Below are positions 38,131-51,000 of a stretch of 64,000 bases of DNA, in pieces. Position 1 is the stretch's first letter; every line of letters starts with the position of its first letter. This DNA is from Tubiluchus corallicola (Eukaryota > Animalia > Priapulida). The stretch is from positions 434,001-498,000 of the forward strand of contig JAQGDQ010002371.1 in the NCBI GenBank assembly GCA_030141605.1, read 5' to 3'. The position numbers and the translations under genes were made by a program. The notes under the pieces are model-generated. The model worked only from the letters and a program-made list of their open reading frames with translations, did not search any database and had not been told where the DNA came from.

Positions 38131-39470
38131 CAGTGCCGGATTAACCATTAGGCAAACATAGCACACGCCTTAAGGCCAGCCAAAAATCCAGGCCACAAAA
38201 AAATATGGAAAACATTCATAAGTTTTCAGGTGATGATAAAAAATGCTTTCCTTTATTTTTACACGTAAATAAATGTTTTGTATTTTTTACTGTGACCTTT
38301 GCAATAACGAATGAATGAGACACCATTGAGACAGGAACGTTTGTCGAAAATTTTAACTTAACATGGTTGATGAATAACACCGTATTTTTTGTTAACCATG
38401 TGATAATTCTGTTTGCTTTTTTGAGGTAAAAGCTCTGCTATTTTGTTTTTCTTTAAGAAATTAATCTATCGTGTGTTTCTTTTAGAGGAATACCTGCTAC
38501 AGTTTACATTTCGCGTCTTCTTGTGTAAAGCATCTCTGGTCCTAATACATCTCATGATGATAGGGGCCACTGTAGTTGTCCAAGATATTTTCTCTGCACC
38601 TGGTCCTTTTAATCTTGCTGCTTAAGTTTTGAGGGTGGAGTATAAGCTGTATGTGGAAGATTTTGCAGACTGGTTGAGCTTTCAAGCTATTCCGCTGACT
38701 ACTGATCTCAAAAACTCCTGGCTTCTGAATTGGATGGAGTTAGATGTTACAAGGATTCTGCGAGGTTTAAAACTTGTTATTCAAGATTCTGCAGGCAGTC
38801 AACTAGATAGCTATGAATGTGCGAAAGCGCCACTTTGCAACAGTATTTTGCTGCCCCTGCTAACTCAGTGTATGAATGTTATGCCTTTCGAGCAGGATCC
38901 TAATGAATGCATTGACAATCATTAGGCTAAAATCTGAAAATCTTGGCTAAAAATTATAATTTTACTGACAGCTCCTATGAAACCAATGACAACCAAATGG
39001 TGCATGACCAAATGATAATAGGGTTAAAGGTCGTTCACATCAGGAGAAAATTACTGTCTGAAAAGAAACTCACTTTTTCCATTGTCATCGATATTGACGA
39101 GCCAGTGAGTCTTCTGCTAGGCTGCTGAAATGAGTGAAGCTCAGCAACAATCTGAAGAATTTCCTTTTTTGTTGGCCATGAAACTGTAGCAATACACTTA
39201 AGAAATCCAAGTATTGGTCCTGACAGGAAATGAGGTATATCGTAAAACATTGAAAAAGTCCAAGAAAGCCAAGGGCGAACTAAGCATATGGGCACATGTA
39301 CCAATAGTAATTACTATAAAAAATATTGGTTGTTCTAAATTTTTGCGCAATAAATTTTCATTTTCTAAGTTTAACTTATTTTCCTTTCGTCGGTGAGCGC
39401 AAAATATCTGTATTTTCAGGTCACTTATCAAAATGGGCATTAGGGCCAGCAGAGCCTTAATCTGGCACTG
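38131..39470. mobile_element. hAT-family non-autonomous element with 8-bp TSD, carrying a Gypsy gag remnant
   Basis: AGAAAATC|CAGTGCCGGATTAA...TTAATCTGGCACTG|AGAAAATC. Confidence 0.85.
38629..39128 (+). pseudogene. Ty3/Gypsy gag-like fragment
   Basis: YKLYVEDFADWL...EQDPNECID...LAKNYNF...MVHDQMIIGL...IRRKLLSEKKLTF resembles the Gypsy gag IRDQxIxGL...xKLLxExxLT motif. Broken by a stop and a frameshift. Confidence 0.65.
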
Positions 39471-41750
39471 AGAAAATCCCCAAGCAGCGATGAAAGCCAA
39501 GCTGCCCATTGACCACTAAGCCCCCGACTAACTAGAAACAGCAGTCAGAATAAAAAATTAAGTACATTGTAAAAGAACTGTCAGTCAGTGTTGTCTGCTT
39601 AATAAATCTCATTACTTATAGCCTATTGCTACAATGATACCCGTCACCATTCCTCGAAAACTTTGACTTGCTGTGAAACCAGTGCCCCCATCAGTCTGAT
39701 CCTGTCCAAATATTAAGTATCCACCCGATTGTATTGGCCCAGGATTAGAACCGTAATTACCAGCTTGAAATTAAACAAAAGTAAATTTAACATCAAACGC
39801 GTCTTTCATTAAGTTATTACAAAAAATGACGTGAAATTAAGAGGTTTTGAAAGCGAAGATCGCGTTGTTTTATGTTGCTCTAAGGCGAGTATCAGCCTGT
39901 ATTTGTCACATGCTAAATTTTTCATCGATTCTAGTTAATTCACCAAGTAGCATACCATTAACTGTATTACGTTAACAGCTATAGATTCAAGGATACATAA
40001 TTGATTTGTAAAGGATTTTAAGGAAGATTCATTGCATTATGTGGTGTTTCTACCAAAAGGTTGTACTAATATTGCACTTTTGTGTGATCTTGTATATTTT
40101 ATTATGCTATTCTCTACAGTTAATGTCATTTAATTGGAGGGGGGGCAAATATAATTTTATTCAGTTTTTAACTGCAAGTTTGCATGCAAATAATCCTTTC
40201 TATCTATCTGTCTACCCTTATGAGGCGGTAAATTAATGTGCATTGTCATGCGAAATGATAATTCGTCCAAATCAGCAATTCCGCAAATTCGGCATATAGC
40301 TCAAGATTAATCATTAAATCTTGTCCTGGTCATATTGCAGTTTTTGTTATTGCAATATATATATCACTATAACGAAATATACATTCAGTAATACATATAC
40401 GTATATTACTTATTATGACTATACTAATTAAGAAAATATACTTTGGTTTGGAGAAAAATTAGTTTTTAGTTACCACATAAAAGTAATATTAAATGTATAT
40501 AGAAATACTATTATTGTATTACAGGAAACTTGAGAAACTAGTAAGATATCTTACTTTAGGACAACCCCATCTACAGACACAAAGTATGTGTTCGTTGTTG
40601 TATCGTAACCAGCACATACCGAATGCCATTGATTATTTCTGAGGTTTGTAGTGGCTGCAAGTGTGTTCGGCGTCCTTAAAACAGAAGTATTATATTCTTT
40701 TACATTTTACTTTCAATTGCACAAATGCGATATTCTCAAAAAACGTTTCTACGCGGAACCTCAAACTTTTTTTTGACTATCTGGGTATAATTTTTACTTT
40801 CTAATGTCGCTCCTTTGGTAAAACCACGTCAAAATAAAAAGGAATAGTTTTTATTTGTATGTATATTTATATGTATATCTGCTACTGTCTTTAAAATTAA
40901 CTTTCAAAGAAGCATTGCTGAAAGAAAAGAAATCACAAGGAGGACAGCTGCGGACTTACATTAATTTCATCCAAAAATATCTCACCAATACATCAGTAGC
41001 TATCAAAAATGCACGGAGAGTGGAGCTACGTGGGAGTTTGCGGGTGACAGAGCAGCATGGTCTGAAGTGATTGCAAGAGTCAAGTTAGAGGACGTGCGAC
41101 TCCAGCACTTTTCACTTTCGTTCACATTTGGTTTCATATACTTTTCTTTTTGCTAGTTTTACCTGTCGTGAGGGCAGATTTCTTTTAATTTAGAGTGTCT
41201 ACAATAGACGTAATGGGCATATGATGATGGTGAGTTACTAAAAACTGTTATCTTACTGACTATGAAAAAAGCTTTGCTCCTTTTGCTTGGACTTGTAGAT
41301 AAAAATGATGTAAAAGGTGTCGTTTAGTACTCTTTCAAGTTTCAAGAATTATTTTAGCAGAATTGTGTGTGCGTAAAGTATTTTAACGTGATTGTAGATG
41401 ACTATAAATGACCACAAATTACAGATTAATTGTGTTTAACATTTTTAACATGTTTTTTCACCAGATTTTCCGAAAGTTGAACAAACGTTTTGGTTACCTC
41501 GAATTTTCTGCACCTAAAACCAAAGACAATTTATTTCAAATAACATAAGTTATCACCTAGCGTATATGGGGTGTTGGCCACATTTAAATTTCTTCAGTGA
41601 TATAGCCTGTATTATTACTAGTGTTTATGTACACACTTAGCAGACACATCGATGTATTTGTCTGCTTTACAGGAATGCGAAGAAATGGTTTTTGTCGCTC
41701 ACTTCATTGTAATCGGCCGTATTACTTGTGCACTCTGTGCAGTCTAAATC

Positions 41751-42103
41751 AGGGCAACGTTAGCCAGTTGCATGTAATATCGGCCGCCATATAGGGTAAT
41801 GTTAGCCAGTTGCATGTAATATCGGCCACCACATAGGGTAATGTTAGCCAGTTGCATGTAATATCGGCCACCATATAGGGTAATGTTAGCCAGTGGCATA
41901 TAATATCGGCCACCATATAGGGTAATGTTAGCCAGTGGCATGTAATATCGGCCACCACATAGGGTAATGTTAGCCAGTTGCATGTAATATCGGCCACCAT
42001 ATAGGGTAATGTTAGCCAGTGGCATATAATATCGGCCGCCATATAGGGTAATGTTAGCCAGTGGCATGTAATATCGGCCACCACATAGGGTAATGTTGGC
42101 CAG
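41751..42103. repeat. Minisatellite, 42-bp unit, about 8.4 copies
   Basis: Unit TAGGGTAATGTTAGCCAGT(T/G)GCAT(G/A)TAATATCGGCC(A/G)CCA(T/C)A, head-to-tail with no spacers. Confidence 0.95.
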
Positions 42104-45100
42104 CCTAACAGTGGTGCTTTTCGATACATACTAAGCACTTTGTGAATATGTTTCAGGTCTTATTATTAGAAAATTCTCATCTTACAGAAAAACACTAATG
42201 GCCCCTATCAGACTAGATACTATTCATTGATTTATCGCGAAATGTTTAAGTCAAAATATGTTCGCTTCTCAGTTGCTGACATGCTGCGTTTTCAAACAGA
42301 TTTCAAACATGAAAACAAAAGGTTACAATCAAAACAGTATAGTCATCTTCCAAGTTTACATAATTCACACATCAGAAGAACATAGACCTAGTTCATCTTT
42401 GAGCTTTACTGACTGGTGGGAACTAGTAGATTTAATGGTAGCGATGAAACTTTTCACCTACGAATCAGACTAACTTGTCACGTCGTCTTTTATTTTAAAT
42501 AGAAGTGTTATGCAACAAAATAATGTGGGAAGTTGTTGTCCTGCAATTTTCCAGGAGCCAACAAGGCATATGAACCAGCAAAATCAACGACCCAGGTGGT
42601 GTAATTAATCTGCTTTTTGAAAGAAGTTGCAATGCTGAAAGGTTCACTTGAAAAACCAGTGGGTCTAGACCGGGTTTCCACTGCGTCCGCACTGACACGC
42701 ACATGCACAGATTTTTCTGTTCGCACGTTTTAGGTCCGCTAAAGTTGTTTCCATTGAGTCCGCACTCATTCTGTACCATTTTGTACAAAGTGCCATAAAG
42801 CAGTGAAATTTTGAGCTTTCTAAAAGAAAAAATAATTTGATTTTGCTACATTAGTTAAAGATTAATTGAAAAGGGCAAATAGGCAACACAGCGAGGGACA
42901 ATATCGTTTTGGAGCTTGAAAATAATGAACACCTAGGCGCGTAACATCACATCGCAACAATGCAAGAGGAAGAAAAGTCCCTAAATTAAGAATGCAACTT
43001 GCAACTTTAGGTATTTTGTTTTTCTATTGAATTTAAATATATTCGGTGTATTCACTTTATTCGTTGAAAGAAAAAATCGGATTTTATACCGAGACTTAAA
43101 TAATCACCATTGTCGCTTATAATTTTCATCATTGCAACTGTAAAACTACGCAATGTGTAAAATTGTGCAATAATAATAGATTAACAGGACAACATCAAAA
43201 TTCTGTTACAGTTATTGCGTATAGCAATTATTCAACGCATGTAATTGTTTACTTGTAATTTTGTAAATTTAAAAAAGCATTGAACGAGGAATCGCAAACC
43301 GACCTAAATGTACAAAGCTTTAGAAATAAATAAAATCAATAACAAAAACTAAATGTTCTACATTCATTACTGATCTCACTCGCTATTTAAATTCACAGCT
43401 GTCTTGTAAAAGTATGTGACTGCATATAGGGTTACTCTTATCATAGAGGGAAAACCAATTTCTACAACGTATATGATTATTTTCCTTCTTTATTATGAAA
43501 ATGCAGGTGATAGACAACTAGAACAAGGGAAACACATCTAGCTAAACAATCCTGGCAGGATTGCTATTCATTAAACACTGGAAGGGCCATTTCCGTTAGA
43601 AGCAGCTGAATTGTGGTTGTCAGCTGTTGTTCGTACCACATTTGATCAAACGTTGATCTAAAAAGTTTTTTTAGTTAATAAACTAGTCAAAAATGATGTG
43701 GAAATTTTTGTTGTCCAGTATGCACTTTAAGCAAAAAAATGCTGGAACAATATACACCATATGTGAAGTAGAATTACACAATTACGCACGCCTACTGTAT
43801 TAACTGCGCCATTTTCCCTTATTTTACGTTAGAGTCTGTGAACTGCTACACTGACAAGCTATTAAAACAGTAGCTTCCATAATTTGGACTGATTGGTTTA
43901 TTAACATGCTGGTTGGTTGATGCTTGATCGTTTGGTTGTTCAATTGCTTGTATAACTTGAACTGGCTAATCAGTTTGTCGGTCGTTACTTTTAAGTTTAA
44001 ATTAAAATTGCTTACTTCATTCAATTATTTGTTCATTTATCTCTTTCCACGCATCATTTCCTGCATTTGATCAACCAAGCAAAACAACATCATGGATATT
44101 ATTATACTCTACCACAGTCAGCAGCTAACAAGTTCACCACATTAAATCATCACAGTGTCTGGTGACCATAACTTCCATCATCAGTCACTAACTGTACCCA
44201 ACCATCACGCTATCGGCCACTAACGCTACACCTTAAAAATATCAATAATGCGCGCACTTTCAATGTAGTGCTTTTGTAGGTAAAGCCAGAAATGTAAACA
44301 TTCTGGTTTTTAATGGTAGCTAAAAGTAATTCTTGCTTCAAGTAGCAATTGGAGATACGTGTAAAGTAACTTTGGCTTTTGAATAGTTTTTGCTCGAAAG
44401 AGTATATTTACTCGAATTATATATTATAATAAATACATAATTAGCAATTTTAAATTGTGTTTTTTCTAGTTATGTTATGGTATTAATGTTAATAGTATGA
44501 ACGTATAGTGAAGACTTCGTTAAGCCCATTTGCTATTTTGTAGATAAGATATTTTATGTTGTTTTGTTTTCCCATTTTGTTACTTTGGCAAAAATTCTAT
44601 TAACTCAGCTTTTCATGTTTATCTCACTCAGCAAATTAAAATTTGAACAATTTTGTGTCTGCCTGCTGAACAATTAACCAATTATATTTTTCATCCGCCT
44701 GCCCATAAACATAGGTTATCGTTGAAGGAATGGCTCAGAGGAATATATAGAATGTCGAGGATTTGATTCAGAAAGCCCAAGAAAAGATTTTGAGGGACAG
44801 CATAGAATACCGAGATAATAACAAAATATCACAAAAGACATATAAAAGAAATGCCACGAAACTTTGAGCAAATTACACTTTTAGTAACTCTTAAATTAAA
44901 AGCAAGATTTAACCGTCAAAGACACGCCCACCTGTGCACAATTGCACTCACGATTGCTGCCCATCAATCCATAAATTCACAGAATCCCGTCTCACGTAGA
45001 ACAAATACTGATTTCCCCCATTTGCTGAACTAGTGGCATATGATATGAATGTAAGATCATCTGCTGTTCCTCCAGCACCGGTATTAGGGACGTCAGTTTT

Positions 45101-47659
45101 CACCCACTAAAGCAATACACCAAATACACAAATGAGAATTTTTACGTGTTCTTTCGCATTAATTTATAATTAGCTATAACTTTCCAATAATTTTCCGGTA
45201 TAATAATATTATTTAATGTAAAAAAGCACCGTGTTAACATACAATGGTTGAATTAAATGTTAACATAAAAATCCGATTGCCTAGATCACTTTTTGGCAAG
45301 ACGTTTGACAATGATGTTCAAAATGGTATTTGTTGGTCGTTAACTATGTTTAGTCCTTTGTAAAGCGTAATATATACATGAATATCTTATTTATTCTACA
45401 CGTTGAATGTCTAAAAATTAGGCAGATTGGTGATAAATAAAAAATCTCATAACAAAGAAAATGAAAGCTACACAATGTTTTGATCCGAACCTCTGCTAAT
45501 ACACTACAAACAGTTTTATTTTTTGCGTTTTCCGCTTAGTCCAGCATAAACCGTTTACAATGCTTCATTAAATATAATCCAGGGCATCGTGTTTCCATGC
45601 TGTAGTTTATGTATCGTGTATTGAGTTGTTGCGACTAGTGCTTTGTGTGTGTTTTTTTTCTTTTGTGGTTTTTATTTACTATGTGCATAGTGCTTCTCCT
45701 CTGCTTGCATTCCTTTGCACGTGACTTTAGTGAATACGTTTATATTACAAAGTTCAAAACATTAATGTTTAATCGTTTGTGCTTTTTACTTAAAGATGAT
45801 TCATAGTGGTGGTTTGAAATGTCGTGTATATTTTTTTGGGAGGGAGGAGGATTTTTTATTAAACCTTTCTACAGTTTTGTTGTGTGCACGAGCAGTTGCT
45901 GTAGGTCAAAGATTAAGAGTGTCACACAACGCATCTCAACTACAACCGGCACGTGACATGTGGGTAAAGTAAAGCCGTCTGCAGCGACAGTTCAGTAAAT
46001 TCAACTGTTTTACGAGGACTTTACTTAATTATTCATTAGTCTGTGAGTAGAATGATTTACTAGTAAGATCTTGCTTGGGAACAAGAGAAAAAGAAAACTA
46101 AGTAAGGTTTTAGCTAGCTGTTAAAACTGTTATTATTATCAGGAAGGGCTGCGAAGCGTTGTCAAGTGTACACAAATGCGTTGTCTGGTACACTTAACGT
46201 TTAACCTTTTCACGATCATCATCAATCGCTGGACCTGTGAAAAGGCTTATTGTACTGTTTCTTGACATTAAGAATTATCTCCGTGCTTGTTAAATTGGCT
46301 ATACTTTTCTTAGAACATTTTCCTCCTTTGGATATGCTGCATAGCTTTAGTTTTTTATTTGAAACAAATTTTAAAACAAAACAGAATTTGATCAAATTTT
46401 ACTTACCATACACGTTGTTATTTCATCCAAGTTAGTATCAATGACATCGTTTAGCTTTATATAGTCGCTAGTTCCACGTATAGGAAATGTAACCATCGTC
46501 GCGTCGGTTTCAACTTGTGGTGCAACTTCAACGTAAAAACACGTAGGTGTTAAGCCTGGAATTAAAAAACCTAAAATAAAGCCTGAGTACTAATTAGAAA
46601 TTTAAACGACAAAGTTGATACGTTTGCAGAAATCTTACAATTCAAGCATTAAAATCACTTAATCCTGGTAGATTCTGCTTCTGTGACGTTGAATGCTTTT
46701 ACTTTACATGTCAACAAATGAACAATGTAAAAGTAAACAATAAAGTTTGTTACTCCAAATGAAATGAGATCAAATTTGTTTCAAGGTCACAATTTTGGCT
46801 TCATTGACTCCAATATGCTGACTATGTATAAGAACTGCGCTTTATGTGAATTTAGTTTTGACATGAAACTGAAGGCCGGTTTTAAGCCAATCAGACAGAT
46901 TTGTTCAAATTGGGCCTCGCGCACACGCGCTAGCGGAGGATGTTATGACGCATTAATGAGTGTCTAGTGTGCACGAAGTTTCGTGATACTATGCAGGCAG
47001 TTAAACTATCCTGTCTCTCTTCGTATATCTATGTTTCAATGTTTTTGCTGATCATTTTGTAATTTCAGATTATCGCCACCATTTACCTTTTAAAAAGATA
47101 ACTGGCGAGCCCTACATGGATTAGTTTTCTCGTCATTAGATTTTAATTTTACTAATTTGTGAATGATGTTCAAATCCTCAACACGGAAAGAGCGACACAG
47201 GGCGAAGTTATCTGAGCAGCAATCATAAACGAGCACTGGCAAAGACTAATGCAGCCGAAAATGAACAACGTGCTGAGGATGAAGAAAACAAGAACAACTC
47301 AGAAAATGACAACACAGCCATGAGTCCAATGATTTTGAAAGATTTTTTTATAAAAAAGCCAGATTAGTCTTTTTTGAGAAAACCTATGCACAAAGAGTAT
47401 ATCAGTAATTATTGTGACTTAGTATAAGTCACATTAAAACTTTCATATGGGCTTTCAATTTTTAGTATATCATTGTGGCTAATGGTGGAACATCAAGATC
47501 TCGGCGCTTTTTGGCTGAAACTAGCGTACAACACAAAGCATAAAATATCAATCTTCAGCTTCAGCTTTCGAAGGATAGGGGGCAAAAATTTTCTAAATGG
47601 ACTCCGCGTCGGCCCTGGCTGAGGTATAATCCTGTACATGCTATCCGCAAAAAAATCAG

Positions 47660-48150
47660 CAAAATAAGGTTATTTGCAGATGACTGCAGTATGTGTTGAC
47701 AAATTTGCACTGCACAAGATCGGGTTTTACTTCAGAATGACAATACTTTGCAAAATTGGGCAGTTTATGCTTTTCAGCACAATTAAATGAGATTCTGCAG
47801 ATGAAGATTAAAGTTTTTGTTCACATAATAGTTAAGCAATGTACAATTTGAAATTGAAGACTAGGCGAGGTATATCGGTGTTACATTTAAGCAAAAACCA
47901 GGAATACCAATAACCATGTCGACATTATGGCAAAACAGGCAGCCACTTAGAATTTTTTACAACTCGACCTGAACAACAGACAGAAACAATAAAACAACAT
48001 AATTACATCTCGCTGGTAAGGTCGGAGATGAAGTACAACACAACAATCTGGAACCAACACTTTAAAAGGATAGTCATACATCGGAAAAAAATCAAAAGAC
48101 GGGCAACTAGGTTTGTACTCAGTGACTATCATAATCATAGCAGTATATCA
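47660..48150 (+). pseudogene. Highly decayed 3' fragment of a CR1/L2-type LINE reverse transcriptase
   Basis: Scattered-frame motifs KIRLFADDC, LQND, YIGVT, SLVRSEMKY..IW and KRRATRFVLSDY. Confidence 0.7.
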
Positions 48151-48597
48151 AACTCAGGAAAAAGTCACAATTAGTTTTGGCTGCGATTAGAGTTAGTGTA
48201 CACGTGCAATTACCTTCTATATCATCAACTCCAAATTTAACTGCCTTTCTAAACTTGTGAAGGTAGGGCTGCAATGGGTTGAAATATCCTGTAAATAATA
48301 ATATTTCAAATTAAGTTACAAGCTAAAAACTGCGCAATTAAAATCAAATTTATTTTTACATATTAAAACTCAGATCTTGCGTTTTTTTAAGACACCATGT
48401 GCAGTGGTGTAGGGTGGATTTGACTGCTCTATGTGGTACCTGTATTTATATAGTTAGATTTACTGTTTACCTATTTTTAGCAGGCTTTGTGATTTTTAAT
48501 GGCCTTGAAGCTTTTACAGTCTTTTTCTTTGTACTTTCCATGCGATTATGAGATACTTCTATTGTTTGTTATGAAACCCTTCTGCCTTGAAGATGAA

Positions 48598-49491
48598 GGA
48601 TGCGCGGTAAAAGTGGCACAGGAAAAAATGACAGTAAAATGGCACTGGTAAAAATGGCTCGAATGGAAAAGAATGTAAAAACGGCACAGAAAAATGGCAC
48701 ATACGTTATTTTGATGCAATTAATTTTAATAATAAAACTAGAATGCGCTCAGTAGAAGCAGATCTCTGCCAAAGCTGAACAATCCTAAACTTATTCGTCT
48801 GATTCTTCTGATTAAAAAAAACAACACAAAGATAAACATTGTCCCACATAGTGCTTACCTATCGTTTAACAATTCATTTTGGTAATTGTAATAGACTGAC
48901 AGATATATACCTACCAAGTCATTTATTAGGCTATACACATTAATAAAAAAAGTTAGGTGGAGATAACAAAAAAGAAGTACTAAACCCTCACTACACATTA
49001 ATAAAGAAAGTTGAGTGGAGATAGCAAAAAAGAAGAACTAAACACTCCGTCTGAGATCTTCATGGAGTACTTCACGAATATTTTTTGTACGTAGTGTTCG
49101 GTTAAGTTTTGAGAAAAAAGAACCGGCACAAAGATTCCCATTTTGGCACCCCCTAAGCCCGCCTTTCTTCACAAAGTTTCTTAGAAATCTGTTAGATAGT
49201 TTTTGCATAATAGGCTTACTGCCTCAACAGACGAAAACAGTCAAACAAACAGACAAACGAACAAACTGTGTTGAAGTATGGCTTCTTTGGCAGAAGTAGC
49301 TAAAATAATTATTCCCATTATCCCCCACTATAACCCTAACCTCAAACACATATACTTACACCAACCCTAAATACTTTACCAGGCGTACCATTTTTATCTA
49401 CTTTCTATTTGTGCCATTTTTTTCTGCGCCATTTTATTCTTGAACCATTTTTACTGTGATATTTTTTCTGTGCCATTTTTTACTTACATTC
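48598..49491. mobile_element. Composite TIR element, same family as 35533-36510
   Basis: GGATGCGCGGTAAAAGTGGCAC...GTGCCATTTTTTACTTACATTC termini with repeated AAAATGGCAC. Inner unit AAACTAGAATGCGCTCAGTAG...CTTTGGCAGAAGTA. TAACCCTAAC repeats. Confidence 0.6.
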
Positions 49492-49959
49492 GCGTTGAAA
49501 GTATGATATATTTTATTATAATAATTTCTAAAAAAAAAATAAATTGTTTAGATTTGCATGTGTAGTTCATTATCGTTATACTCTAAGTGTTCGGTTTATG
49601 TAACGGCGTATCAGAAGATCTATGCAGATGAGTGTGCAGATACCAAACCATGTAGTGTTTTATATATGATACAAATAATTTTAAATTGAACTTTATCGGC
49701 AGCCAGGCCGTGCGATCAATGATAAAAAGTAATTAGAAGGAAGGTTTAAAACTTGAAACACTGTTAATATTGTCATTGCAGCTTTCCTAGTTTGACTCAG
49801 GGCGCACACGAATGCAAAACCCGCTTGCAATAACTTGTATGAGACAGACTTTTACTCGTTTGAGGACTCAAACATTTTACCAACTTTGTTTATTAACGTG
49901 CTTTAATTTTCTGTTTCAGACAAATTGATCGCGCTGTTGTCTGTCTCAGACTAAACCAG

Positions 49960-50036
49960 GAGCCGGTTTCACAAAGCCGTCACTAAGTTAACGACGTCGT
50001 TATTACATTTTACTAACGGCTTTGTGAAATCGGGCC
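49960..50036. mobile_element. Tiny palindromic MITE (PIF/Harbinger-like, CAG flanks)
   Basis: CAG|GAGCCGGTTTCACAAAGCCGT...ACGGCTTTGTGAAATCGGGCC|CAG. Confidence 0.55.
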
Positions 50037-50253
50037 CAGAACAGATCAACAAAAACAATTGTTTTGATCACGTGTCATCATCACCCATGACACAGTTTGC
50101 TTCATACAAAAGTTGTCGTATGCAGGAAAATTTTGTCTGAGACAATTTCGGTCAAAAAACTTTTCGCAGATAATTTTCCTACCATATGCAACTAATATAA
50201 TTAGTCAGTTTTCTACAGTTTGATAAGGCCGCACACTTTACAAAGTAGCTTAC

Positions 50254-50371
50254 CCGATATATTTCCAGCCTTTCTCCTTCCGTAGCCGCTGCTTCCCCTG
50301 TATGCATTACGACTTCCACCTGATTGCGCCATTATATCCAGACAAGCAAAAACAAATCCAGCCACGGAATA
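50254..50371 (-). CDS. Candidate upstream exon of pentraxin copy B
   Basis: Strong tttattttag acceptor and gtaagc donor. Open frame YSVAGFVFACLDIMAQSGGSRNAYRGSSGYGRRKAGNIS ends in phase 1, compatible with the 46570 or 46555 acceptor. Confidence 0.4.
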
Positions 50372-50609
50372 CTAAAATAAATAGACAAATAGTTGTGCAT
50401 CACTTTCTTTTTTCAGAGATGTTTAAGCTGCATTGTTATAATATTGTACTGTTTATGGCAATAAATTATCCACTAATACTAGAAAGGAAATTGATTTTAT
50501 TTTTTGTGGACAAAGACTTTTGCGCGACTTACATAATACCATGTGTGAAAGTTTGACTGTAATAAGTTATGCTGCAGAGGAGCAAGTCACTGCAGAAAAC
50601 CAAATCCGT

Positions 50610-51000
50610 AAAGCAAGTGTGAATGTTGGATTTGACCGAGTTACACTGCACATGATTCATACACCAAATGTAAATGTTAGATCGGGTCAAGTTACACTGC
50701 ATAGGATTTTAACTGTACCAAGTGTATATGATAAACTAGACTGAAATGCATTGCAGAGCATAAAGTATGTATTAAGTGAAAATGTCAGTATGGATCAAGT
50801 TACACTGTAAACGACCTAGTCCGCATCAAGTCAGACTGGACCGAGTTACATTGTATAGGGAAGAACCTGTGCCAAGTGCAAAAACCTATCTAACTTGCAC
50901 TGAAACAGACTTAATCCGCATCAAGCATAGCAGAGTTACACAACAGAGGCCAATTAAATACAGGCCAAGTTTAAATGCCAGACTGAGGCAAGACTAGTAA
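50610..51000. repeat. Degenerate tandem repeat of about 50-55 bp
   Basis: Recurring CAAGTGT.AATG...GA.C.AGTTACACTG units. Confidence 0.5.

Larger units (their letters stand above)
37113..46570 (-). pseudogene. Pentraxin-domain gene copy B (diverged paralogue, probably disrupted)
   Basis: Exons: 46570 or 46555-46407 (GLTPTC...FPIRGTSDYIKL...ITTCM), 45106-44952 (WVKTD...FISYAT), 40674-40555 (NQWHSVCAGY), 39763 to about 39616 (IQSGGYLIFGQDQ...QSFRG), 37402-37113 (...RHYN*). The donor at 40555 is phase 2 but the next acceptor is phase 1. The fourth exon reaches TAA or a phase-2 donor where copy A has phase 1. Confidence 0.7.

Noticed and set aside
41744-42138. 42-bp repeats as a CRISPR array or repeat-protein ORFs
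   Set aside because: The units are contiguous with no unique spacers, there are no cas genes, and the context is a eukaryotic intron. The ORFs follow from the unit length being a multiple of 3.
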